A stretch of DNA of 64,000 bases from Epithemia pelagica. Taxonomy: Eukaryota > Protista > Bacillariophyta. The notes beneath the pieces are model-generated. The model ran no database searches. It was not told where the DNA came from and saw only the letters and a program-made list of their open reading frames with translations. Positions 54,486-64,000 of this stretch are shown piece after piece. Each line of letters begins with the position of its first letter. Position 1 is the stretch's first letter. The stretch is taken from assembly GCA_946965045.2 (NCBI GenBank), contig OX337232.1, forward strand, positions 2,976,001 to 3,040,000. The letters are read 5' to 3'. The translations under genes and the position numbers were made by a program.

Positions 54486-56220
54486 TTATTTGCTTGATCC
54501 GAGCGCTTCCTTCAATGCCTTTGTGAGACCCGCCTCCGTTCCAGTGGTGCATTGGAGCTCCGCGAGCAAAGCTTCAGGTAGTAATGGGACACGACTGCCG
54601 CGACTCGTCATCATCATGGCAGAGTTGAGGGACGTCAGAAAGTCTTTCAACGCCTCATCGTTTTTGCCATGATGTTGTATCATCAAGGCTTGTCGAAGAA
54701 AGACTACCAATTGAGAGATATCCTTCATGTTGCGTGCTTGCAAGGCATCTCGATCATCAAACGAGGGACTAAAGAGCATCTGAAAGAGACCGGGTACCAA
54801 GACTTGCAAGCAAAATTGTACGAGTCCTCGTCGCTATTGCTCCTGATGAGAGGAAGACGAAGCGTTGGGTCCACTCCACTGTTCGACAAGCTCTCGAAAG
54901 AAACGAATACATGTTCTCTTGACACTGGCATCTTCCACATGGATCGCGGCATGACTCATCGTCTGCAAGATATTTTCCAAACTCCCATCATTGGTGGGAG
55001 ATAAGAGCACCGGTGTCGCTCTGTGTAAGACCAAATGGTGTAAAACAATGTAACCCATCTTTTGAATGGCCAATTATTCTACAACCAAATGCGGAGGAAT
55101 CTCGGCAGAAGCTGTTGGTGTCAAACAGGTTCCATCGTTTGGAGCCATGCCTCCTCCCACCTGCATGGTGGGGACCAGACTTTGACACTTTTGAAGAAAG
55201 CGCAAAAGAGCCACATCCATGACCGCAACAGAGTCTTCACGAAACTTGATACAGAGTTGATTCAACAATTGTGCCACGGCAGAAAGATCCTCGGCAGTAC
55301 AGTGATCAATGAGCAGACAGATCATAGGTGGCATGGGCGCCAAGACTTTGGGTCCAAGTACAATGATCATTCGTTGTAAGAAGACCATTGATTTGTCTCG
55401 AATCGATTCCACCATGGGCAGCGTCTGTACCACTCTCAACACGACTTGTGTGGCCTCCAAAAAGAGACCTTGCACCTGTTCGCTAGGGGATTTGGCAAAT
55501 CCCTTGCTCAAGTGTGCCAGCGCGGCAATCGATCTGGATAGGGTCGACGCTAGGTCGTCCATTTCGTCACGTGATGAAGAACGATGTGACAGTAACGCGA
55601 GCTGTTGTTCCATTCCCTGCGCATGGGGCGCAAGGACTTGTGTCAGTAATCGACTCTGTACCTCCAATTCTTAATTCGTCATACCCAGCAAGAGACCCAT
55701 CGCGTCAAAGAGCTTGAGGACATCGTCAGATAGAAGCAGTCGGTTTGCCGCACTGTTGTGGGATGCTTCCGCAACTCTCATCACGAAACCTTGAACACCT
55801 TCAATAACTGATTCCGTGTACGGTCTCAATAAACGTATGGATGATTTGATGAGACGTGGAAGAAGATGGCAACATCTCGATCGAACTCGCAAGTCGGCAT
55901 TTTGTAGACCTTGTAGACCCGTCATGGTTTCCAACAGTCTTGCCAAGAGTGCGTTACCATTTCCCACCGTTGGCAATTCCGTCCCTTGAAAAAGGTCGTC
56001 GTATCGAAGGACTGTCTCATAGTACAAACTCAAGACACTAAAACTCGAACTTTGCACCATCGACGAGCTCAGATGCAAATTCACCAACAGCGTTTGAAAG
56101 GCTGGCAAACGAAGAGCACTATTCACGCCCGTTGTGGATGCCAGTCCTTCATAGTAGTGATAGAGGAGTCGGAGGGTGGCCATCTTGTGCCCATTCTTCT
56201 TCTCAGTAGGAGTCGACGAC
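54486..56220 (-). pseudogene. XPOT: Exportin-T-like pseudogene: C-terminal ~570 codons, three in-frame stops, 5' part missing
   Basis: Four ORFs in one frame (56183, 55667, 55073, 54809) separated by TAA, TAA, TAG. LRLLYHYYEG, YYETVLRY, VRSRCCHLL.RLIK, IRDKSMVFLQRMI and KRTCIRFFRELV match Xpo-t/Los1 HEAT segments as recalled. Confidence 0.7.
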
Positions 56221-56797
56221 TTGTTGTTGCTGTCGTTGTATAACCAGGCTCAAACGTGATGACGAGTCGGACAAGGTCTTTTGCATCATCACGAGGTTTG
56301 AATCGAAAATCAATACGTTCTTGCTTGTCGTTGTACAAAACTTGCCCATCGACAGATGCCCCTTTGAAAAACTGCTGGGCAAACTTGACGATTGACTTGA
56401 AATGCACCTGCAATGTCTCTGTAGAGAGGCGACTCCAACCCGTAGTTCCGTGATATGTAAAAGAATCATTGTACGAAGGGTCTGTTTCAAGAGAAGACGC
56501 TGATGGATAAATGAAGCCATCGTTCGCAAGCTTGATACAGTATCGAGATTTCCGGTGAAGGAAGTGGATAGGGAAAGGGAAGGCCGCCGACAAATACTCG
56601 TAGTGATCATATTTGTAAAGGATGTGCCAGCGTTTGTCATCGAGTTGGTCGCAAACAAAGCGCTTATCTGAGGAAAGTGTTGCTTCTTCCTCACACCAAG
56701 ATCGGATGATATCGTCGATACGTGTGAGCAGTACCCCCCCCCCAGCGGGGGTGAGTAATGAGGACTAGCGATAGAATACACGATTTGTATTCTCTAT

Positions 56798-57765
56798 CTC
56801 ACCCCCAAGGCGCGATCCTCGAAATCGGCGATTTCCCAACTTTGACACAAACTCAGCACAACCACAACGCAAACACCACGAGGCCCATCTGGCTGTGGAT
56901 GTAACAACACCCATGGACCCTCCCAAGTCCAACCGTGTTGTCCATCCTTTCTCTACCAACCCAAGAGTCACTCCTGGCGCTGCAATTACTGGTGCGGCCA
57001 GTCCGATCGCTCCAAGCGCTCAGTACCACTACGGTGCAAACCCAAACAACAACAATCAAACAGATAACCCTCTGTCTGAACGTGGTATGGATCCCTTTGT
57101 CTCTTTTCAAGTACCTCCCATGATCAATTACCCCTCCCCTATGTACCTGGTGACTCTCAGGATGCGTAGAACCAAGTTGGGACTTTGAAGTAAGGAACTG
57201 AGTGATACAACACGCAACCAGTGAGAATCCACTATTTTTTCAGCCTGAACGTTTTATCATGGTTCTACAGCAAGTTTGGTGATACCCACTCTAAAATCTA
57301 TGCATTTGGAAGGGTTCTATTTTGTTTTGCGTTTGTTTGGTAACCCCCTCCTTTGTTGTTCCGTTGGGCCGCTGCGGCCAAGTACAAGTGAGCACATCGT
57401 TGGACGGACATTTTCTTGGGAGACGATGGCTGTGTTGTTGTCGGCACCGCCTCCTTTGTAGGATCGTTTGTATGTGTCGTGTAGTGCATTGTCATTTGCA
57501 AGGATGCGTTGGTATCGTTGATTGTTGTACGTTTGGAGGATTCGCCGCGGTAGCATTGTGTTTGGAATGAAAGTGTGCGCACCAGCAATTGCAGCGCCAG
57601 GAGTGTCCCTTGGGTTGTTAGAGACAGCATGGACAACACGGTTGGACTTGGGAGGGTCCATGGGTGTTGTTACATCCACAGCCAGATGGGCCTCGTGGTG
57701 TTTGCGTTGTGGTTGTGCTGAGTTTGTGTCAAAGTTGGGAGCAGCCGACGCGCCTTGGGGGTGAG
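56798..57765. repeat. Foldback: ~190-200-bp inverted arms (56798..56996 / 57578..57765) around a ~580-bp spacer
   Basis: Arms read as reverse complements, with a core of about 110 bp identical; mirrored MDVTTPMDPPKSNRVVH translations on both strands. Confidence 0.9.
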
Positions 57766-58567
57766 TAAGGGAATACAAGCGCAGCGTATTCGATCACGCG
57801 GGACTCACTCACCCCTGCTTGGGGGTAGTGTGAGCAGGATGCGATCAGGGAGAAGTCGCTTCAATTTCCCAGCGAGGTATGTTCCTGTGTTTTACTTCAA
57901 TTGTGAATTGTCACAGATCGAAAACAGCAAAGAGTGTGAATACTAGTTTAGTTTCTTTCCCACCTAGGGCCGGGAAGTAATTCTACTTCTTAGTTCGCTA
58001 AATGCGCACGCCGGTTTTTGATCTTGGTGTAGACTAGACAGTCGTCACTCGCACTTCTGTCGCGTCCTCCAAAACTACATCATCAGTCATCAAAGATTCT
58101 TCGGCGGTCGGTAGGTCCTCAAGTTTGCTATCGTCCATTTGGATCACTGGGGGAGTGGTCTACGGGATACTGAAGGCAAACCTCGCTTTGAGGCCTTCAA
58201 GTCGCCTTTCTTGGTAGGACATCGAAGGGATTTCATTGAGCAAGCTCTCGTCCCTCCTGTCCTCACCAAAGTTGTTTACATCATTTGTTGTAGTCGTGTT
58301 GGGGGACAGGTTCGAGGTCCACGTGAAGCAAGAATAGCTCGAGTCAGTTGACGTGGTTGAGACAGGCCGAATTGTGACACATTCTGCGGGAGTATATTGC
58401 AAGCTCAAAAAGTTTGCCAGGATGAGGTGGGCTGGCGATGACGGTTATGAGCGTTTGCTCGTATATCGTATATGTTCTGTCAAATGCTCCGTATCTCAAG
58501 TCTCAAGTTCCGTATCAAACTTTGCACGATTTCTCACAATTTCGAAAACACATAAAGATCTCATATC

Positions 58568-59906
58568 TGTTCACTCAACGTTCAAAAGAACTGGGTCCAT
58601 AGTCCATAGTATCAAGAAAACAAGAATCAAGAATCCTTTTGGAGCTCTGAAGAACACTCGTTGAGGCAAACCAACCATCTCTGTCCTGAGTCCAGAGTTC
58701 AGAGAGACATACAAGAAAAGCTGTGAACTTCCCTCTTTGTAAATCTCAACGTCATGCCAAAAGAGACTCGATGTGATTCCATAGGAAATTCAATTCCCTC
58801 TTCATCAGATTCTGCAGCTGAGAAATCAAAGTCGCCCGTTGTGGAAGACTCCAACGACAACTCCAATTGGTTACCACTTGATTCGTCATGCGACAACAAT
58901 GACCGAAGTATGAATCACTTTGACCTGACTTCGACAAGATTGCGATCATCGAGTTATAGTCTCTCTGAAAACAATGCACTTGTGGAGGATTCCAGTTCAT
59001 CAAAACTACCAGATTCGGACGTTGAGTCGAAGCCCTTGCGTTCAAAGCCGGACGAACCGGTTTGGTCCAGGACATTGTGGACGTTTCTGCTTGTGGGGAC
59101 ACTCGTGTTCTTGCTACCAGACTTGTTGACAGACAGTCCCTTCAAGTCTTTGGAAACTGGACACAAGTCGGTTTACGTGTCTGGTGGTGGTTTCTCTGGG
59201 TTTTGGTTTACCCTAGGGAGATTGAACAGTGTCCAAGATTTATTGGATCGTGATTACTACTGTGTATCGGCTGGTTGCCTAGCTGTTGTGGCTGTATTTC
59301 AGAACTACACGGTACACGAAATGATTGACAAGGCAGAGGATGCCCGATCCGGCTGGATGAATGGAAAACTCAACAGATACGAGGTTGTTCCACGATTTCT
59401 CGACAATATGCTCAATGCTTCGGCCTCGCCATCCAACAATCATCGCATCTGGAAAAACGACCAAGTTCTCTCCAAGATTAATATCATTACGACTGTGCCC
59501 CATTCACAGTGGCCGTGGGGTGGGCAGGTCGCGACTCGAAACCCAACGTCCATGGAAGATTTGCGAACCATGCTGCTTCAAACAACTTGGATTCCCTTTG
59601 CGGTTGGACAGAGTTGGTGGCATTTGGGACACATGGATGGGGCCTTTTCGTTATTTTACCACCCACGATGTGCGTCGACGGTTCGACTCCCGATTAATTT
59701 GGACTTGATATCCAATGCTCTGAATATTGGGTTGGACCGAGAGAAAGCAACAGAGTATTGGGAGCTAGGCTTGCAGTATGGTGTATAGTTCTCGATTTTG
59801 TAAATCAGAAATGGTATGTGTATAAAACAACAAGAAGCGGACAGCAATGCTTTTGTCGAATAGAATCAAAGGATTGATAACTTTCTCAACAATAAAGGTT
59901 CTATGA
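58568..59906 (+). repeat. Segmental duplication copy 2
   Basis: Matches 49815..51161. Confidence 0.95.
58754..59788 (+). CDS. Patatin-like protein, copy 2 (344 aa)
   Basis: Same motifs as copy 1; scattered substitutions and two 1-codon insertions. Confidence 0.7.
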   Translation: MPKETRCDSIGNSIPSSSDSAAEKSKSPVVEDSNDNSNWLPLDSSCDNNDRSMNHFDLTSTRLRSSSYSLSENNALVEDSSSSKLPDSDVESKPLRSKPDEPVWSRTLWTFLLVGTLVFLLPDLLTDSPFKSLETGHKSVYVSGGGFSGFWFTLGRLNSVQDLLDRDYYCVSAGCLAVVAVFQNYTVHEMIDKAEDARSGWMNGKLNRYEVVPRFLDNMLNASASPSNNHRIWKNDQVLSKINIITTVPHSQWPWGGQVATRNPTSMEDLRTMLLQTTWIPFAVGQSWWHLGHMDGAFSLFYHPRCASTVRLPINLDLISNALNIGLDREKATEYWELGLQYGV

Positions 59907-60424
59907 GAGAGAGAGAGGACATATTTTCGGAAGAAATCAATCGACTTGGGAGTTATAATAGAGTACAAGTAAGAGTAAGTGTTCGAGAGCTTCCCCTCTT
60001 AGTTTCCAGAGGTATACGGGGACAAGTGAAAGATCTGATTTTTTCTCTCGTGTTGGAGAGTCCACAAGCATTGTTTGTGAGTCCTGCCAATCATCTCCTT
60101 TCAAAGTGTTTCCAAAGAGTGGTGGTACCAAATTGCATCATCTATGATGAACAGTGGTGAAGCAGCGTACGATAGACAGAGGGAATGGCACCGAGGATGA
60201 GGAGGAGGCCAATAGAGGTTGTAAAGTAATACAATATTAGAAGTGCGAAAGCTCTCAATCGTAACTACTCGTCCTCTTAAAGCGAAAATGTGAGGGAATT
60301 CATGTTTAATCCGGGTGCCACGACTCAGGGTCCCGGTTGTAGGGGAAGCCGCTCTCGACATTGATACAAATTTCATTCTACCTCCACACATCCATCACGG
60401 TGGTGGAGGTGCAGTGGTATCCAA

Positions 60425-61260
60425 ATGACCAACAACATGTCTTCTTCTTCCCACAAACGTCGCAAGCTTTCTCAGAAGCAAGTCCGAGCAGCCTATGAAC
60501 CTCAAGTTGCATCAAGACAGTCCGTGGCATCTGCAAGAGAAGGTTCTGATGCAGGCATCGCCAAAACAAACAAGACTCCTGCATCCAAGGCCCGTTCCTC
60601 CTCAACCTCTGGCATTGCATCTTGTGTCGTGGATTGTACCGATCCGTCGTGCGAGAAATCAAGCAAACTGTCCCTTTTGTCATTGCAGTGGTAGAGGAGT
60701 TGCCAGAGGAATTGCCAGACTCTTTGGATAGCACTGATGACAAGGATGCAAGCCTTGTCCGAGTACGTCGATCAACAATTGGCCGTGGTCAACGAGCGAC
60801 AACAAACCATGTCCCCTTGGGAACGATCGCTCACGGAAGGAGGCAACGGGCAGCAACAATGTCAATATTCAACAAGAAGGGGCTGAAGAAACGGCTGCCC
60901 TCCTTCAAGTCTTTCAGGGCTATGTGGTGGATGAATTGTCCATGGTACCAGCAAATGAACGATTGTTTGCCTTGGCCTATTTTGACCGATCAAACAGATA
61001 AAATGCAACGCGATTTGCAAGTGGGACGACCGCATCTGCCACCCAAATCTGTATCACAACAGACGATGTTGCTGTTGCTCAAAGTCGTACGCAGCGGAGA
61101 GTTGATGCTCCACTATGGTCAACTTGGTTTGATGATGCGGCTAACGACGAAAAGGAAGATCAAAACAACAGATTTGGAAATTATGGTGACAGTGGGAATT
61201 TGAATCTGTCTACTTTCCCATGCCGACACGCGCGCTACAAGACTGCCCGTCAACCCCACT
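60425..61260 (+). pseudogene. Degraded hypothetical coding sequence (frameshifts and an internal stop)
   Basis: Protein-like segments in alternating frames (..VVEELPEELPDSLDSTDD.. / ..VFQGYVVDELSMVPANERLFALAYFDRSNR*..WSTWFDD..). Confidence 0.3.
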
Positions 61261-61287
61261 GATGGACAGTACGCCCCACTTTGTGAC

Positions 61288-64000
61288 ACTCCCTCTCAGA
61301 CGTAGTAGCCGCGTAACAATATAGTCGTGCATGATTACCATCCAGCCAACATCTTTCTCGCTCGTTGAAACAAAGTCTTGTCCAGTCCTTTTGTCAAGCA
61401 ATCCGCTACTTGTTTGTCCGATGCGACTTTGACGAGGCGGATGTTTCCGTTGTATACGTGCTCCTTGAAGAAGTGATATTTCACTGCAATATGCTTGGAG
61501 CGAGGAGTCATGCAATGAACTGGACAATCTGCAACCATCAACACATAGCCGGTCCGTGATTTCACACACAGCGGATCCTGCGGATCCTCACTGTTCCACT
61601 GCCCCGCAAAATCAGCATCCACGTAGCAATCAACGGCCAAGCATTCCTTCGATGGAGTGAGGATCATCCCTTGATCTCTCGTTCCTTTCAGGTAGCGGCA
61701 GATGCGTTTGACGGCTTTGGCATGCGATGCCTTGGGGTTGTGTGTGAATCTTGCACACTGGTGCACTGCGTATGCAATTTCTGGGCGTGAGTTGGACGCC
61801 AAATACAATAGCATTCCTACCACTGACGCGTAGCTCCACTGTTCTGCGTAGTCCTCTCCGTCTTGTCTTTACCGAGCGGCTTTTGACTCGCTGGAGTCTT
61901 GTCTGGGTTACAATCTTGTAGCCCTGTTGCGTTCAACACTTTGTCAATGAGGCCATATTGTTTCAGTTTGATTTGGCCGTTGCTGAGACGTTCGAAGTCG
62001 ATGCCGAGGTACGCCAATACGTCTCCCTCAACCGTCATCTCCAAATCGTCCTTGAGCGATTCCAATACTTTCATAATGCGTGCTTTGTCCGGTCCGGCCC
62101 AAATTACATCGTCGATGTATACAAGGCATAGGATCCGTTTGTTTGGGTCGTAGAATAGGCATGGATCAAACGGACTCTGTTTAAATCCACGTTGCTCCAA
62201 ATGACCCTTTAGGTGGTCATACCACGAGAGAGGCGCTTGCTTTAAGCCATAAAGGCTTTTCTTCAAATGCAACACATATTCTTCACCGTCTTCGGTGTCC
62301 GGTGCAAAGTCCTTCGGCAGCTCCATGTAGACATCCTCTGTGAGGAATGCTTGTGCAAAGGCATTGGTGTAGTCCGTTTGGACTGTCTCCCAACTAAAGA
62401 CAAGGACCATCAACAATACCAGCCGAATCGTTATCCATTGGACAACGGGTGCATATGTCTCGAAGAAGTCGAGCCCGTACGTCTGTTTGTCTCCTCTGAC
62501 ACACAATCTTGCCTTCAATTTTTGCACTGATCCGTCGGGGTAGCGCTTTCTTCGAAATGCCCAGGTTGATGGCAAGGCCTTTTCGCCACGTCTTTCCATT
62601 TCGGACCGTAGAGTAAGTACCCATGTTCCTTTGTCCTCCAGCTCCTTTACTTTGTTGCCCATGGCTGCGATATAGCCCTCACGGTCATCACCAGTCATTG
62701 CCTCGTAGTAGGACGGCAAGTCTGGGTTGTTCTTTTTGTTTGAAGCTTGAAAGGCAATTGGGTCGCGAAAACCGAAGGTGTCTGACTCGGAGTCCACGTT
62801 GACGTACGCTTGATAGGCTGTGCCTGTCATAGCGTTGGTAACAAATGCAGCGAAACTCGCCAAGGCTCGGTAGCCTGCACCTTGTGTGCCATCGTATCCC
62901 CAACGGAGTGGCGCCTTGCGCGTTCTACCGGAGCGACGGGGAGGAGTCGGTGGTGGTTCCTCGGTATCTGGTTGTGGTTGTTGTGGTGGTTGAAGAGGAG
63001 GTTCTTCAACGTCAGGCTGAGGTTCTTCTTCAACAGGTGGTAAAGGCTGTTCCTCTTGTTGTTGAGGTTGAGTTGGATCGGACGGTTGGTTCGGTGCAGG
63101 CACATCCTGCTCCCTCTGTTGTTGCATCCCGTCATTGATGGGATCGGTTGGTTCTTCAAACCGAACTCGTTGTTGTGTTTTCCGAATTTGAGATGAGCGG
63201 TCAACATTGTCATTTTGATGCTCCACCCATTCATCCGCTAAAGCAACCGGGTCGTCTTCATCGAATGCATAGTGGTAGCGGGAGTCGCCAAACAATTGAG
63301 TCCATTCAGCTTCATGGAATGGGCGGTCCAATGCAGTTCCGATCACGCTTGAGAACCAATCGTCGAAGACAACGTGGAACTGTGGGGAAATATGCCCCGT
63401 CTTTGTGTTCAGAACCAAGGGAACTCGTGAAGAATGCCGTCGTGAAAAACCAAGAAAGATTCCTCGTCTCGATCTTGGTTTCCATTTTGGTAGTTTGTGC
63501 CCGTCCTGGAGGGTTGGATCCAAGACATAACACGGGCATCCCCACACGTGCATATCTGCAAAAACTTGGCGACCGGCCTTAGACTTGACAATCAACTCCA
63601 TTGGTGACATCATGCCAGCGCTAGTACGAGGCATGTGATTGTGTTGAAACACAACGTAGTCAACCGCCATTGGCCACAGACTAATATCTGCTGCATCAGG
63701 CCATCGAATCGCAGCATGGATGAGAATCGTTTGTGCCTTTGACAGGATGGTTCCGATGGCACGCTCGGCTATTCCATTTTGATGGTGAGCTCCGACTCCA
63801 CTGAACTTAATATTTTGGAGACCGGATTCGATTTCGTTCACAAAAGCGTTGGAAGCGAAGATGCCGTTGTCGGATTGATAGGCTTGGACGGTGATTCCAA
63901 GATCAAACATTCGCTTTTCGTATCGTTGTTTGGCGGCAATCGTCTCAGTGGCCGTGAAATTGACCAAATGCTCGATGTGGATGTCACCAGTAGCGCGATC
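61288..64000 (-). mobile_element. Second, distinct and defective Ty1/copia element (3' part; runs off the window)
   Basis: IN core (YQSDNGIF..HHQNGIAER), RT (YIDD), partial RNase H; PPT GAGAGGGAG (61297..61289) followed by TGTCAC at 61288; left LTR limit unresolved. Confidence 0.9.
61335..64000 (-). pseudogene. pol: Copia pol with a 1-bp frameshift near 61865 and an internal RNase H deletion near 61515
   Basis: KDKTERTT should read KDKDGEDYAEQWSYASVVGML; ADCPV joins directly to HCMTPRSKHI, lacking the STxEAE and FEDN blocks. Confidence 0.85.

Noticed and set aside
54486-56183. TAA/TAG reassignment to Gln explaining the exportin-T stops
   Set aside because: Neighbouring intact genes end in TAA or TAG, and long ORFs contain none internally.
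58000-58410. Minus-strand coding remnant
   Set aside because: Short, stop-interrupted and without a recognisable motif.
1-64000. rRNA or tRNA genes
   Set aside because: None recognised; the only tRNA-related match is the 14-nt PBS.

Overview
Eukaryotic nuclear DNA, most likely a diatom (CoDi-like Ty1/copia elements, diatom-style HSF, short GT-AG introns); this is inferred, not proven. The left third is host genes: a multi-HMG-box protein, two large repeat proteins (one with four tandem SUMO-like domains) and an NXPE-like SGNH protein. The rest is dominated by mobile or decaying DNA. (1) An intact 6.3-kb copia element with identical LTRs splits a small twin-CX9C gene. Its gag and pol are separated by one in-frame UGA in a CARYYA readthrough context followed by a GC hairpin, and its PBS matches the D-arm of initiator tRNA. 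(2) A RAG1/Transib-fold transposase lies tail-to-tail with an unknown partner gene, bounded by a candidate bipartite TIR and apparently nested in a second DNA transposon with 27-bp inverted ends. (3) A 1.35-kb patatin-gene duplication brackets a Crinkler-type NTPase-nuclease gene, an exportin-T pseudogene and a foldback. (4) There is also an RLE-LINE remnant and a second, defective copia at the right edge. All family calls come from motif reading by eye, with reference sequences recalled from memory; no searches were run.
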